Origin: an uncultured Deinococcaceae bacterium
GTDB taxonomy: Bacteria; Deinococcota; Deinococci; Deinococcales; Deinococcaceae
DNA length: 32,049 bases
Direction of reading: 5' to 3'
NCBI GenBank assembly: GCA_964252075.1
Contig: CAXULY010000052.1
Span: 1-32,049, forward strand
The notes under the pieces were generated by a model. The model was not told where the DNA came from. It did not search any database and saw only the letters and a list, made by a program, of their open reading frames with translations. The translations under genes and the position numbers were made by a program. This document shows, one piece after another, positions 6,176-16,531 of the stretch (position 1 is the first letter of the stretch; the number at the start of each line of letters is the position of its first letter).

Positions 6176-7315
6176 TCACGGCTGAGGCGTGTCTGAGCCC
6201 AGGCGCACCGTGAGGTCCGCGCCCGGCACGCCCCCGTCATCACCCGTCATGACCCGCCCGAAACCCACATCCCGCAGCAACGCCCGCGCCGCCCCCGCCG
6301 GACCGCTCGCGTGAATCACGGTGGTCGCCGCGTGCCGGTCCCCCGACGCGATCCACACGTTGCGGTACCCGAGCGCCTCCAGCCGCCGCTTCAGGCGGCC
6401 CGCGCTGCCGTCCGGAGCGTCCACATTCACGAGCGCCACGCCCAGGTCACGCGGGTCGCCACTCGCGAACTCCGAGCGCGCGAGGCGCTGCATGGCCGCG
6501 CGGTCCGGCGCCCACGTGCCCCCCGACCCGAAACTGCCGGGCAGGAGCGTCGTTGCGAGCTTCGGGCGCCGCAGCACGGCGTACAGCAGATGCGCCGCGT
6601 CCTCGCGGCTCAGGCTGGTGCGGGTGTCGCGCCCCGCCGCGCCCACCACCGCAGGCAGGCGCAACGCCCCCACCGGACTCGTGAGGCGGTTGCGGAGCGC
6701 CGTCATGAAGGCCTGCTGCCGCCCCACCCGCCCGATGTCCCCCCGGCCGTCATGCCGGAAGCGCATGAAGCCCTCCGCCTGCTCGCCGTTCAGGGTCTGA
6801 CGGCCCGGCTGCAGATCAATGTTCAGCCCCGCCGCGGTGTCGGTGTAGCGCATGGCTTCCGGCACCATCAGGGTCACACCGCCCGCCGCGCCCACCACGT
6901 CGCGGAGCGCCTGAAGGTTCACCAGCACGTACCCGTCCAGGTGCAGGCCGCTGATTTGCTCCACCGCCGCCACCATCATCTCCGGACCGCCATGCACGTT
7001 CGCGCCGTTGATCTTCCCCCAGCCCCAGCCCGGCACGTTCATCCACGTGTCGCGCGGGATGTTCAGCAGCCGGATCAGGCCGTCCTCCGGCCGGAACTGC
7101 GCGACCATCAGGGTGTCCGTGGGGCCCCGGTAATCCTCCGGGGCTTTCGTGTGGTACCCCGCGTACTTCGGCGTCACACCCGCCAGCAGCACTGTCACTG
7201 GGCGCTCCGGCGCGCTGGGCAGCGTCCCGAACCGGGTGAGGACCGGGAAGGCCGGGGCCAGGTAAGCGACGAGCCCCGCCAAGAGCAGGGCCAGGATCAC
7301 GGTCGCGCGGCGCAT
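6176..7315 (-). CDS. LCP (LytR-CpsA-Psr) family protein with C-terminal LytR_C domain
   Basis: N-terminal TM helix; TDTLMV, IPRDTW, KINGA, FMRFRHD..GDIGRVGRQQ; ends ADLTVRLGSD. Confidence 0.92.
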   Translation of the reverse strand: MRRATVILALLLAGLVAYLAPAFPVLTRFGTLPSAPERPVTVLLAGVTPKYAGYHTKAPEDYRGPTDTLMVAQFRPEDGLIRLLNIPRDTWMNVPGWGWGKINGANVHGGPEMMVAAVEQISGLHLDGYVLVNLQALRDVVGAAGGVTLMVPEAMRYTDTAAGLNIDLQPGRQTLNGEQAEGFMRFRHDGRGDIGRVGRQQAFMTALRNRLTSPVGALRLPAVVGAAGRDTRTSLSREDAAHLLYAVLRRPKLATTLLPGSFGSGGTWAPDRAAMQRLARSEFASGDPRDLGVALVNVDAPDGSAGRLKRRLEALGYRNVWIASGDRHAATTVIHASGPAGAARALLRDVGFGRVMTGDDGGVPGADLTVRLGSDTPQP

Positions 7316-7361
7316 ACCGCCTCACTGTAGCGGCTCTTCGCGCTCCACACGCACAGGATGA

Positions 7362-7399
7362 AGGGGCGGGACGCGGGCTGTGGCCCGCGTCCCGCCCCT
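7362..7399 (-). terminator. Terminator hairpin after the S8 peptidase gene
   Basis: Perfect 17-bp stem 7362-7378/7383-7399, 9 nt after the stop. Confidence 0.75.
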
Positions 7400-7408
7400 C
7401 GCCCGCCG

Positions 7409-9097
7409 TTACTGCGTCTGGATGTCCTGACCGCTCAGGTTGCCCGACACGTTCACGGTGCGTGAACCCTGCTGCACCACCTGTCCGTTCAGGGACACGG
7501 TGGCCTTCAGGGTGTAGCTGCCCGCCGCGAGGCCCGCCTGGTACGGCATGGCGGTCGCGCCGCTCTGCACGGTGTCATCGCCGTGCGCAATCGGGTTTGG
7601 GTTGCTGCCCTGGTAGACGTACAGATCTACCTTGTACGTCTGGGGCGTGGTCGTGGGGGGCGGCGTGGTGCCCGTGCCGGTGCTGGCGGCTTTGCGCACG
7701 GCGGCGCCCACGTTCAGGAGTTTGTTGCCCCCGAAGTCCTTCGCCGTGCTGGTCAGGATGCTGCGCACCTGATCCACGGTGAGTTTGGGGTTCGCGGCGA
7801 GCATCAGGCTCACCGCGCCGCTCACCTGCGGGGTGGCCTCGCTGGTGCCCGCGATGAGCTGGTACCCGTTGTTCGGCCCGAGGGACAGGATGTTGTAGTC
7901 GTTGCCACCCTCGCAGTTCGGGCCGGGGCCGCCGGGCGCGTACAGGTCAATCGAACGCTGCCCGGGGTTCGGCCTCGCGCTGTAGCAGGCGGGCGCGTCG
8001 CTCTTCCCGAAGGCGCCCACCGCGATCACGTTGGGGTCGCTGGCCGGGTAGTACAGGCCTTCGTTGGGCGTGTTGCCCGCCGCCGCCACCACCACGGAGC
8101 CCTTGCTCTTTGCGTTGGCGATCGCCGCGGAGAGCTTGGGGTCATCGTTGTTCCCGGTGAAACCCAGGCTCATGTTGATGACGCGCGCGCCCTGCTGCAC
8201 GGCGTAGTTCACGCCGCCCGTCAGCGAGACCGTCGTGGCGTTGCCACTCGCGTCGAACACCTTCACGGGCAGGATTGGGCCGCCCCACGTGACGCCCGCG
8301 ATGCCCACACCGTTGTCCGTGCTCGCCCCGATGATGCCCGCCGTGCTGGTGCCGTGCACGTTGCCCGCCGCGTCACTGGTGTCGCCGTTCGATGGCGACA
8401 CGCTGAAGTTCTGTCCGGCCAGCACATGCCCCTTGAGTTCCGGGTGGTTGGCGTTCACGCCGGTGTCCAGCACCGCCACCTTCACCCCCGCGAGGCTGAC
8501 ATTCTTGCTGCTCAGGAACCGCCAGGCGTCCTCGACGTTGATGCGGGTCAGGTAATCCTGGTCGTACTTCGCGCCGTTGACGGTGATACCGCTGTTGGGG
8601 TCGCTGTTCGGGTAGCCGGGATCGTTCGGTGGGATGGCGGCCAGCCTGTACACGTAGTTCGGCTGCACGACGTACCCGGCCGCCGCGAGGCGCTCCGCGA
8701 GCGCCTGCTCGGCGCCAGGCGTCGTGGTGACCAGTGTCAGGTCATCCCCGACGGACTGCGTCCTGAGGCCCGAGAGCACCCGCGCGGATTGCGCGCTGAG
8801 GGCCGTGAGGTTCGCCTGCACCAGCACCGCGCCCGGCACGTGGTTGGCCGACCAGTTCGCGGAGGCGAGCGCCGCCTGGGGCGTGAGGGCCTGCGCCTGC
8901 ACGCCCTGACCGGCACTCGCGTTGGGGAGGGCGGCCTTGAAGCGCACGTTGCCGCTCACAGTGAAGCTGCCGTTGCCACCCACGTCGAGCGGGCCGCCAT
9001 TGCCCCCGCCATTGCCGCCAGGGGTGCCCACGTTCGATTGTCCGCAGGCTGCGAGGACCAGGGTGAGGCCCAGCAGCGCCGAGAAGTTTTTCTTCAT
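7409..9097 (-). CDS. S8 subtilisin-like serine peptidase, lipoprotein
   Basis: LAAC lipobox; catalytic motifs VAVLDTG, HGTSTAG, GTSEATPQV; oxyanion motif AAAGN. Confidence 0.93.
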   Translation of the reverse strand: MKKNFSALLGLTLVLAACGQSNVGTPGGNGGGNGGPLDVGGNGSFTVSGNVRFKAALPNASAGQGVQAQALTPQAALASANWSANHVPGAVLVQANLTALSAQSARVLSGLRTQSVGDDLTLVTTTPGAEQALAERLAAAGYVVQPNYVYRLAAIPPNDPGYPNSDPNSGITVNGAKYDQDYLTRINVEDAWRFLSSKNVSLAGVKVAVLDTGVNANHPELKGHVLAGQNFSVSPSNGDTSDAAGNVHGTSTAGIIGASTDNGVGIAGVTWGGPILPVKVFDASGNATTVSLTGGVNYAVQQGARVINMSLGFTGNNDDPKLSAAIANAKSKGSVVVAAAGNTPNEGLYYPASDPNVIAVGAFGKSDAPACYSARPNPGQRSIDLYAPGGPGPNCEGGNDYNILSLGPNNGYQLIAGTSEATPQVSGAVSLMLAANPKLTVDQVRSILTSTAKDFGGNKLLNVGAAVRKAASTGTGTTPPPTTTPQTYKVDLYVYQGSNPNPIAHGDDTVQSGATAMPYQAGLAAGSYTLKATVSLNGQVVQQGSRTVNVSGNLSGQDIQTQ

Positions 9098-9183
9098 ACC
9101 CCCATTGTTCTCACCCCGGCTGACGGGACGTGAGGTGGTCGTGAAGCGCCGGGAGCACCGGGTGATGGGGCGCTCACCTTAAG

Positions 9184-10665
9184 ATGACGGGCACCATGAC
9201 TGCGTCCCATGCTGCTCCCGCGCTGCTGACCGACCTGTACCAGCTCACCATGATGGCCGGGTATTTCGCCCGTGGGGAGCACGAGCGCACCGCGACCTTC
9301 GACCTGGGTTTCCGGCGCAACCCCTTCGGCGGCGGGTACGCGGTGTGGGCGGGCCTGGATGTGGCGCTACACCACCTGGAGACCCTGCGGTTCAGTGAGG
9401 GCGACCTGGAGTATCTGGACGGCCTTCGGTTGTTCCCCGCGCGGTTCCTGGAGGCCCTGCGCGACTGGCGCTTCTCGGGTTCCGTCACGGCGTGCCTGGA
9501 GGGCTCGCCGGTGTTCCCGCAGGCGCCGCTGCTGAGCGTACACGCGCCGTTGTGGGAGGCGCAGCTGGTGGAGACGGCGCTGCTGAACATCCTGAACTTC
9601 CAGACCCTGATCGCGACGAAGGCCGCGCGGTGCGTGTGGGCCGCGGAGAGCAGCCCGCATGGCGGGGAGGTGATCGAGTTCGGCGCGCGGCGCGCCCAGG
9701 GGCCGGATGGCGCGCTGGGCGCGTCGCGCGCGTCGTTCGTGGGTGGCGCGCGCGCGACGAGCAACGTGGAGGCGGGCGCGGCGTACGGCATTCCCGTGGT
9801 GGGCACGCACGCGCACGCCTGGGTGGAGAGCTTCCCGGATGAGTTGAGCGCGTTTCGCGCGTACGCGGAGCTGTACCCGCACGCCACGACGCTGCTGCTG
9901 GACACGGTGGACACCTTGCAGAGCGGTCTGCCGAACGCCATCACGGTGGCGGGGGAGTTGCGGGCGCGCGGCGAGGCGCTGCGGGGCGTGCGGCTGGATT
10001 CCGGGGACCTCGCGTACCTGTCGCGGCGCGTGCGGGAAGCGCTCGATGCGGCTGGCTTCCCGGAGGTGCGCATCACGGCGTCCAACGACCTGGACGAGCA
10101 GGTCATTGAGAGCGTGATCCGCGAGGGGGGCCGGGTGGACGTGTACGGCATCGGCACGCGCCTCGTGACGGGGTCGGGTGAGGGGGGCGGAGCGCTGGGC
10201 GGCGTGTACAAGCTGGTGGAGCTGGACGGCCAGCCGAAGATGAAGCTCACGGGGGACCCCGCGAAGAGCACCGTGCCGGGCCGCAAGCGCCTGTGGCGCG
10301 CGAGTGACGCGAATGACCGGGACGTGCTGGACGTGGTGACGGGCGAGGGGGAGGAGCCGCGCGCGGGCGAGCGCATCAGCGACCCCAGCAACCCGCTGCG
10401 GAGCTCACGGCTCGGCGCGGACCTGAGCTTCCGCGACGCCCGCGAGGTGGTGATGGAGGGTGGGCGCCGCACGCGCCCGGCAGAGACGCTGCCTGACCTC
10501 CAGGCACGCGCGCGGACGGAACTGGCGCGCCTCCCGGAAGGCACATTGCGCCTGCTGAACCCCCACGTGTACCGTGTGGGCCTCTCGCGGTCGCTGCAGA
10601 CCGTGCGGGACGCGCTGATTGAACAGTTGCGGGCACACCGGGACGGTGGGCCGCGCCCGATTTAA
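9184..10665 (+). CDS. pncB: Nicotinate phosphoribosyltransferase (true start may be ATG 9196)
   Basis: [56 protein letters not shown]. Confidence 0.95.
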   Translation: MTGTMTASHAAPALLTDLYQLTMMAGYFARGEHERTATFDLGFRRNPFGGGYAVWAGLDVALHHLETLRFSEGDLEYLDGLRLFPARFLEALRDWRFSGSVTACLEGSPVFPQAPLLSVHAPLWEAQLVETALLNILNFQTLIATKAARCVWAAESSPHGGEVIEFGARRAQGPDGALGASRASFVGGARATSNVEAGAAYGIPVVGTHAHAWVESFPDELSAFRAYAELYPHATTLLLDTVDTLQSGLPNAITVAGELRARGEALRGVRLDSGDLAYLSRRVREALDAAGFPEVRITASNDLDEQVIESVIREGGRVDVYGIGTRLVTGSGEGGGALGGVYKLVELDGQPKMKLTGDPAKSTVPGRKRLWRASDANDRDVLDVVTGEGEEPRAGERISDPSNPLRSSRLGADLSFRDAREVVMEGGRRTRPAETLPDLQARARTELARLPEGTLRLLNPHVYRVGLSRSLQTVRDALIEQLRAHRDGGPRPI

Positions 10666-10671
10666 GGACCC

Positions 10672-10699
10672 AGGGAGGCGCCGAACCGGGCGCCTCCCT
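10672..10699. terminator. Bidirectional hairpin between convergent pncB and S8 peptidase genes
   Basis: AGGGAGGCGCC-gaaccg-GGCGCCTCCCT. Confidence 0.7.
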
Positions 10700-10707
10700 C
10701 GCTGGGC

Positions 10708-12204
10708 TCAGGGGGTCACGTTCGGGGCGTTCAGGGCGGCCGCGGCGTTGATGAGTCCGTACCCGAACTCCGGGTTGCGGCCGGGGTCACCGAGGTGCGT
10801 GGCGGTGTCCTCCATGCGCTGCGTGAGCGCGGCGGGCGCGCCCGTGCCCATGGGCACCACGCCCTTGCTGAGCAGCAGCGCGGCCAGCGCCGACACCTGC
10901 GGCGCCGCCTGCGAGGTGCCGAACTCCGCCTCGTAGGCCGGGATGTTGTCCGTGTAGTTCCAGGAAGTCGAGAGGATCTCGTCCGGGAAGGCGGCGCCAC
11001 CGAACTGCCCGCCGTTGTGGAAGGTGCGGTCGCTGCCCCCGGGCGCGCTCAGGGCGATCTCGTCGTAGGTGTTGGAGTAGTACGTGTGAATGGGCGTGGT
11101 GTCGCCCAGGCTCACGGCGGCCACCGCGACCGCGCCGGGGCAGGCCGCCGGGTAGTAGGGCGCGGTCTCACCGTCGTTGCCGCCCGCAGCGACGACCAGG
11201 CTGCCGCGCGCGGTGGCCGCGGCGACCGCTTCACACAGGGGCTGCGCGCCCGCCGCACTGATCGGTCCACCCAGGCTCAGGTTGATGACCTGGGCGGGGT
11301 GGGTGTTGGTGTACGCCCGCCCCTCGAGTGTGATGGTCTCCCCCGCGGCGTACCTGATGGCGAGGGCGATGCTGTTTTCATCGCCGTTGCCGCTTGGGGC
11401 GTCCAGCACCCGCACCGGCAGGACCTTGACGGGCGCCGTGTACGCCGCGCCCACCACGCCGCTCGTGGAGCACGTGTCGCACGGCGCGGGGAACGTCCCC
11501 CAGCTCGCCGCGATGATGCCCGACACGTGCGTGCCGTGGCTGCCCTCCGTACGGTCCGGCGTGGAGGGATCGGTGGGGTCATTGTCCGGGCCGTCGCCGT
11601 CCCCGTTGGGCGTGCCGCCACTGCAGGTGGAGAGCACGTCCAGCGCCCCCTCACCCGGGCGCAGCAGCGCGCCTTGTAAGTCTGGGTGATCGTAGCGCAC
11701 GCCAGTGTCCAGCACCGCGACCGTCACGGCATTGGGGTAAGGGACGTCCTGCATGTCGCGCCACACCGCGCCGTACCCCAGGAGCGGGTACGCCCACTGC
11801 AGGCTTGCGTACTGGTCGGTGGGCACCACCGGCGCCTCACTGGCAGTCTTGTGCAGCACGACATTCGGCACGGCGTACTGTACTTCTGGGTTTTGACTGA
11901 GGCGGGCGACCGTACCCTCCACATCGTCTGTGGCGAGCAGCACAGTACGGCCTGCACCGCTACCCACCGAGAGCGCCTGAGCGCGGTGCGCCGCCGCGTC
12001 GCTGCGATACCGCACGATGACGCCGCGCGCACCATTGACCGACTGAGGCCTCGCAGCGATCGCCGAACAGCCGGGCGAATTCGGCGGAGGGGCAGGATTT
12101 GGTGTGGGCTCAGGATCGTTAAAGGCTTGCGAGCACGCCGTCAGCACGGCGACCAGCAGCAGGGCGGGAACGGCCACACAGGCGGACGGGAGGCGCAGCG
12201 TCAT
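10708..12204 (-). CDS. S8 subtilisin-like serine peptidase, lipoprotein
   Basis: LTAC lipobox; VAVLDTG, HGTHVSG, AAGGN, GTSQAAPQV, FGYGLINA. Confidence 0.92.
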   Translation of the reverse strand: MTLRLPSACVAVPALLLVAVLTACSQAFNDPEPTPNPAPPPNSPGCSAIAARPQSVNGARGVIVRYRSDAAAHRAQALSVGSGAGRTVLLATDDVEGTVARLSQNPEVQYAVPNVVLHKTASEAPVVPTDQYASLQWAYPLLGYGAVWRDMQDVPYPNAVTVAVLDTGVRYDHPDLQGALLRPGEGALDVLSTCSGGTPNGDGDGPDNDPTDPSTPDRTEGSHGTHVSGIIAASWGTFPAPCDTCSTSGVVGAAYTAPVKVLPVRVLDAPSGNGDENSIALAIRYAAGETITLEGRAYTNTHPAQVINLSLGGPISAAGAQPLCEAVAAATARGSLVVAAGGNDGETAPYYPAACPGAVAVAAVSLGDTTPIHTYYSNTYDEIALSAPGGSDRTFHNGGQFGGAAFPDEILSTSWNYTDNIPAYEAEFGTSQAAPQVSALAALLLSKGVVPMGTGAPAALTQRMEDTATHLGDPGRNPEFGYGLINAAAALNAPNVTP

Positions 12205-12256
12205 CTCCGCGCAGCATAGGTCCTTTCCCTGAGTGTGCGCCGAGAGCGGCGGGCAG

Positions 12257-13291
12257 TCAGGACACCTGGATGGTGACGCCTGCGGCGTCCATGCTTTCCT
12301 TGATGCGGCGGTTGAATTCGCGTTCCAGCGCCCACTGCGCTTTGGGGTGCACGGTGTACAGAGCGCGCAGCTCGATGCCGGCGGGCGCGAGGCGCGTCAC
12401 GCCGTGCTGCTCGGGCGGTGAGAGAAAGCTCTTGCCGAAGGTGGGGTCTTGGTAGAGCGCCTCGGACACTTCGCTGAGGACCGCGAGGGCCGTTTCGAGG
12501 TTGCTCTGGTAGCTGATGGACACCAGCGCGACCACGCGCGACCATTCCTTGCTGCTGACGCTGACCGTCTGAATCTGGCCGTTGGGGACGATGTGCACGG
12601 TGCCGTTCAGGTCGCGCAGGACGGTGGCGCGCAGGTTCAGGCGCTCGACGGTCCCGCCGAGCTGCCCGGTGTTCACCTTGATGACGTCGCCCACGCCGTA
12701 CTGGTCTTCGAGCAGGATGAAGAAGCCGTTGAAGACGTCCTTGATGAGGCTCTGCGCGCCGAAACCCACGGCGAGGCCCACGACGCTCACGCCCGCGAGG
12801 AGCGTGGCGGTGTTGATCCCGACGTTCTGCAGCACGCTGATGACGGCGAGCACGAGAATCGCGACGCGCAGGCTGCTTTCCGTGACGTCCTTGAGGGTCT
12901 GGACGCGCACGCTGCGGCGCGTGAATTCGCTGCTCGGCACGATGCGTCCGGCAACCACGCCCACGAGTTGCCACGCAAGCACGGCGAGCACCACGATGGC
13001 GGCGATCTGCCCGACGGAGGCCTTGAACCATGTGCTGATCGCTTCGCCATGCGAGTACAGAGGTTCGAGGTCGGTGAGCAGCAGCAGGTGCGTGAGCACG
13101 GCGGCGAGCGCGTACAGCATGAACAGCGACCACAGCCACTTCAGGGTGGTGCGCAGGCGGCTGTGAAGCATCTGGAGGCGGCGCACGACCCACAGGCCGA
13201 GGCGCCAGATGCCGAAGAACAGCAGCACGTTGAGCACCAGCACCACCCAGGTCTGGGGCCGAACGAGCACTTCTTGAAGGGTGTGCAGCAC
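12257..13291 (-). CDS. Small-conductance mechanosensitive channel (MscS family)
   Basis: Multiple TM helices; GLAVGFGAQSLIKDVFNGFFILLEDQYGVGDVI; IVPNGQI. Confidence 0.93.
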   Translation of the reverse strand: MLHTLQEVLVRPQTWVVLVLNVLLFFGIWRLGLWVVRRLQMLHSRLRTTLKWLWSLFMLYALAAVLTHLLLLTDLEPLYSHGEAISTWFKASVGQIAAIVVLAVLAWQLVGVVAGRIVPSSEFTRRSVRVQTLKDVTESSLRVAILVLAVISVLQNVGINTATLLAGVSVVGLAVGFGAQSLIKDVFNGFFILLEDQYGVGDVIKVNTGQLGGTVERLNLRATVLRDLNGTVHIVPNGQIQTVSVSSKEWSRVVALVSISYQSNLETALAVLSEVSEALYQDPTFGKSFLSPPEQHGVTRLAPAGIELRALYTVHPKAQWALEREFNRRIKESMDAAGVTIQVS

Positions 13292-13391
13292 AGAAGACCT
13301 CCCCGGAGCGGGGGCGCTCCGGTCTCATAAACTCCGGATCACTCTGCCACAGGGTGGTGAGCTCTTTTTGGGCTTGACCTGACCAGGGGGT

Positions 13392-14405
13392 TTAGGCGCG
13401 CCCGGTTTGAACGGCGTCCGCGAGTTGCGCGGCGAGGCCGGACTGCACGTCGCGGTGCGCGGCGAGCAGGGCGCTGTGCACGGCGCGCGCGTCGGCGGAG
13501 CCGTGCCCGATGTACGTGAGGCCGCGCACGCCGAGCAGGGGACTCGCACCGTACGTGGATGGGTCGAGGCGCGCGGCGACGCTGCGCAGCGGGCCGCGCA
13601 CGAGCAGCCCGCCGAGTTTCGCAGTGAGGCTGCCCTGCAGGGCGTCGCGCACCCACCCGAAAATCACTTTGGCCTCACCCTCCGCGAGTTTCAGGACCAC
13701 GTTGCCGGTGAAGCCGTCCGTGACGACGATGTCGGTGGTGCCCAGGAACACGTCGCGGCCCTCCACGTTGCCGTGGAAGTTCAGTTCGGTTGCAGCCTGC
13801 AGCAGGGCGTGCGCTTCCAGCACGAGGGCGCTGCCCTTGTGCGGCTCCTCACCGATGGACAGCAGGCCCACGGAAGGGTCGTTCACGCCGCGCACCACGC
13901 GCAGGTACGCGGCGGCGAGTCGCGCCCACTGCACGAAGTACGCGGGTTTCACGTCCGCGTTCGCGCCCACGTCGAGCAGGGCGCTCACGCCGCGCCGGGT
14001 GGGGGCGAGCGTCAGGATGGCGGGGCGGTCCACGCCGGGCAGGCGGCCCAGCGTGAAGAGCGCGGAGGCCATGGTGGCGCCGCTGTGCCCCATGCTGACG
14101 ACGGCGCCCGCGCGGCCGTCCTTCACGAGGCGGGCCGCGACGTTGATGCTGGCCTCGCGGCGCCCACGCACGTCGCTGGCGTGCTCGTCCATGCCGATCA
14201 GGTCGGTGGCGGGCACCACCTCGATGGGCAGGTGGGTGGTGTCGTGCGCGCCGAGTTCCGCGTGCAGGCGCACGGGGTCACCGACCAGCAGGAGCGGCAC
14301 GCCCGCGCGGGCGGCCTGCACGGCGCCCGCGACGTTCGGGGTGGGGCCCGCGTCGCCCCCCATGGCGTCCAGCGCGACGGGCAGGGCGGGGTCAGTCCGG
14401 GTCAT
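13392..14405 (-). CDS. plsX: Phosphate acyltransferase PlsX
   Basis: ALDAMGGD, LLDVGANAD, VGLLSIGEE, GNVEGRD, VVTDGFTGNVVLK, IGHGS. Confidence 0.96.
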   Translation of the reverse strand: MTRTDPALPVALDAMGGDAGPTPNVAGAVQAARAGVPLLLVGDPVRLHAELGAHDTTHLPIEVVPATDLIGMDEHASDVRGRREASINVAARLVKDGRAGAVVSMGHSGATMASALFTLGRLPGVDRPAILTLAPTRRGVSALLDVGANADVKPAYFVQWARLAAAYLRVVRGVNDPSVGLLSIGEEPHKGSALVLEAHALLQAATELNFHGNVEGRDVFLGTTDIVVTDGFTGNVVLKLAEGEAKVIFGWVRDALQGSLTAKLGGLLVRGPLRSVAARLDPSTYGASPLLGVRGLTYIGHGSADARAVHSALLAAHRDVQSGLAAQLADAVQTGRA

Positions 14406-14408
14406 GGC

Positions 14409-15002
14409 TCAGCGGTCCCCGCGCAGGTCCTCGTCGTCGGGCACGGGAGCCTGCACGTAGTAGGGGCGGGTCTCGGCGCCGCGCGCCTCGCTGGGCAGGC
14501 GGTAGCCGGGGCGCTCCACGTCCACCCGGATGTCCTTGAGGTCCACGTAGGCGTCGGCGGCGTTGCGCAGTTCGTAGCTCGTCATCTCGGGGATGGACGC
14601 CACCACCACGCGCCGGCCCTTGGCGCGCAGCACCTCCACGGGGCGCTCGAAGTCACCGTCGCCCGTGAGCAGCACGGCGGTGTCGTAGAGGTCCACGGTG
14701 GCGAGCAGGTCCGTGACCATCTCGATGTCGAGGTTCGCGCGGCGGTGCGTTTCGCCGCTCTCGTCGGTGGATTCCCGCAGCGGCTTGGTGCGCACGGTGT
14801 ACCCCATGTACGTGAGGGCGTCGATGAAGCGCTTCTGCTTGTCATCCACCGGGTAAGGCACGGCGGTGTAGTAGAAGGCGTTGTACAGCCGTCCCTGCGC
14901 CGCGAAGTGCTCCAGCATCTTGCGGTGGTCGAAGTTCCAGCCGAGCCGCTTCGCGGCGGCGTACACGTTGGCGCCGTCAATAAATAAGGCAATGCGTTCC
15001 AT
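14409..15002 (-). CDS. NYN (LabA/DUF88) domain protein (start revised to ATG 15002)
   Basis: LFIDGANV, LDIEMVTD, LTGDGDF, ELRNAAD; AAGGAG RBS. Confidence 0.9.
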   Translation of the reverse strand: MERIALFIDGANVYAAAKRLGWNFDHRKMLEHFAAQGRLYNAFYYTAVPYPVDDKQKRFIDALTYMGYTVRTKPLRESTDESGETHRRANLDIEMVTDLLATVDLYDTAVLLTGDGDFERPVEVLRAKGRRVVVASIPEMTSYELRNAADAYVDLKDIRVDVERPGYRLPSEARGAETRPYYVQAPVPDDEDLRGDR

Positions 15003-15093
15003 GCTGTGGGACTCCTTGCGAATGGGGTGGGGATGCAATTGAAGGTCAATGGCGCCCGTGGGCGAACACGGCGCCAGCATAGCAGAGGGCCAC

Positions 15094-16089
15094 CTACAGC
15101 GGGAGTTGCGGGTGGGTCTCGCCGGGCGCCTTCAGGGCGTCCTGCACGGCCGCCGCGAGCGCCCGCAGTTCCACGCCCTGCACGACGGGCGGCAGTTCGT
15201 TCACGTACCGCAGGGCCTTGAGGTAGTTGCGCTCGCCGGTGGAGTGCATGTGCCAGCGTTTGTGCAGGGCGGCGGCCAGGAGGATCAGGGCGCTCAGGAA
15301 GGCGCGCCGCTCGCCGGTGGCGGTGTGCCACGGTTCCTCCCAGGCTTCGTGCGCTTCCCACCACTGCCCGGCGTTGAAGTGCCGCGCGCCCGCGAGCAGG
15401 TCGGCGTCCATGCGGGCCGGCGAATGCGCGTCCGGTGTGGGCGCGGGGCCCGCAAGCCACACTTCCGGCGCGTTCAGCAGGTCCTGCACCACCGTGAAGT
15501 ACTGCCCGAGGTGTCGCCCGTCCATCAGGGCGTGGTGCACCTGCACGTTCAGCGGCAGGAGGACCGCGCCATCCCGGCGCGTGTAGCGGCCCGTGGTGAG
15601 GCGCGGGATGGAGTCCGCCGGGCTGAGGTGCATGGCGTGCGTGACGCTGGTGAAGGTCAGCCATGGGAGGCTGGAGAGGTACAGCACGTCGTCCCGTCCG
15701 GGCGTGTCGTCCAGGCTGGGGTGCGCCTGCGCGAGCGCCACCTCCAGCTCGGCGCGCTGCAGAAAGGTCAGCGGGTCGGCGGTGTAGGGCAGCAGGCAGA
15801 AGCCAAAGAGGTCGCCGTCCGGGAGGGCCACCGTCACGGAGGGGTCCATGTGGTCGTGCTCCACGACGCGGTCGCCGCGCATGCGCCAGCGGAAGGGCGT
15901 CACCTCGTGCGCGGCGCGCGTGAGGAGGTGTGTCACGCTGAGCATAAAGGGCAGCCCGCGGGCCTTCAGCAGGGGCACGAGAGCGCTGACGTCCACGTCG
16001 GCGGTCACGCTGAAGTGCGGCTGGTCGTAGGTCCTGAAGGCCTCGTAGTGCGCGCGGCGCGGCCAGGTGTGGAGGTTGAGGTCACGCAT
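15094..16089 (-). CDS. CatA-like O-acetyltransferase fused to a C-terminal DUF309 domain (start revised to ATG 16089)
   Basis: WPRRAHYEAF, SSLPWLTFTS, IPRLTTGRY and VHHALMDGRH are CAT-fold motifs. After a Pro linker comes HFNAGQWWEAHEAWEEPW (DUF309). Confidence 0.85.
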   Translation of the reverse strand: MRDLNLHTWPRRAHYEAFRTYDQPHFSVTADVDVSALVPLLKARGLPFMLSVTHLLTRAAHEVTPFRWRMRGDRVVEHDHMDPSVTVALPDGDLFGFCLLPYTADPLTFLQRAELEVALAQAHPSLDDTPGRDDVLYLSSLPWLTFTSVTHAMHLSPADSIPRLTTGRYTRRDGAVLLPLNVQVHHALMDGRHLGQYFTVVQDLLNAPEVWLAGPAPTPDAHSPARMDADLLAGARHFNAGQWWEAHEAWEEPWHTATGERRAFLSALILLAAALHKRWHMHSTGERNYLKALRYVNELPPVVQGVELRALAAAVQDALKAPGETHPQLPL

Positions 16090-16096
16090 GAAGAAC

Positions 16097-16181
16097 AGCC
16101 TAACGGGGGGCGCACAGGGCGGTGGAGCGCGGGAAAAAGGCAATGCGTTTCGCTATGTTTTTTAAAGCGTGGGTGTACAGT
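16097..16181. promoter_or_regulatory. Divergent leaderless-type promoters: TAGGCT (minus strand, 16097-16102) and TACAGT (plus strand, 16176-16181)
   Basis: TAnnnT hexamers 7 and 6 nt before the ATGs of the CAT-DUF309 gene and trxA, with an AT-rich spacer between them. Confidence 0.6.
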
Positions 16182-16187
16182 GGGGGC

Positions 16188-16517
16188 ATGAAGCCTATTG
16201 AATTCACCGACGGCAACTTCAAGCAGGAAACCGAGCAGGGCCTGACCCTGGTGGACTTCTGGGCGCCGTGGTGCGGCCCGTGCCGCATGGTGGCCCCAGT
16301 CGTGGAGGAACTCGCGCAGCAGTACCAGGGCAAAGTCAAGATCGGCAAGCTGAACGTGGACGACAATCAGGCGACCGCCATGCAGTACCGCGTGATGAGC
16401 ATCCCCACCCTGATCCTCTTCAAGGACGGTCAGCCGGTGGAGGGCGTGGTGGGCGCGCAGCCCAAGCCCGCCTTCGAGAAGCTGCTCGACAAGCACCTCG
16501 CCGCCACCAGCAACTGA
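16188..16517 (+). CDS. trxA: Thioredoxin (109 aa; start revised to ATG 16188)
   Basis: [18 protein letters not shown]. Confidence 0.96.
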   Translation: MKPIEFTDGNFKQETEQGLTLVDFWAPWCGPCRMVAPVVEELAQQYQGKVKIGKLNVDDNQATAMQYRVMSIPTLILFKDGQPVEGVVGAQPKPAFEKLLDKHLAATSN

Positions 16518-16531
16518 GGCGCGCAGGACCG

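Noticed and set aside
14409..15002. NYN nuclease as a toxin or defence gene
   Set aside because: It sits 3 nt upstream of plsX in core-genome context with no antitoxin or defence neighbours
15450..16089. Acquired chloramphenicol-resistance gene
   Set aside because: Host-like GC, housekeeping context, no mobile element, and fused to DUF309; activity cannot be inferred from sequence
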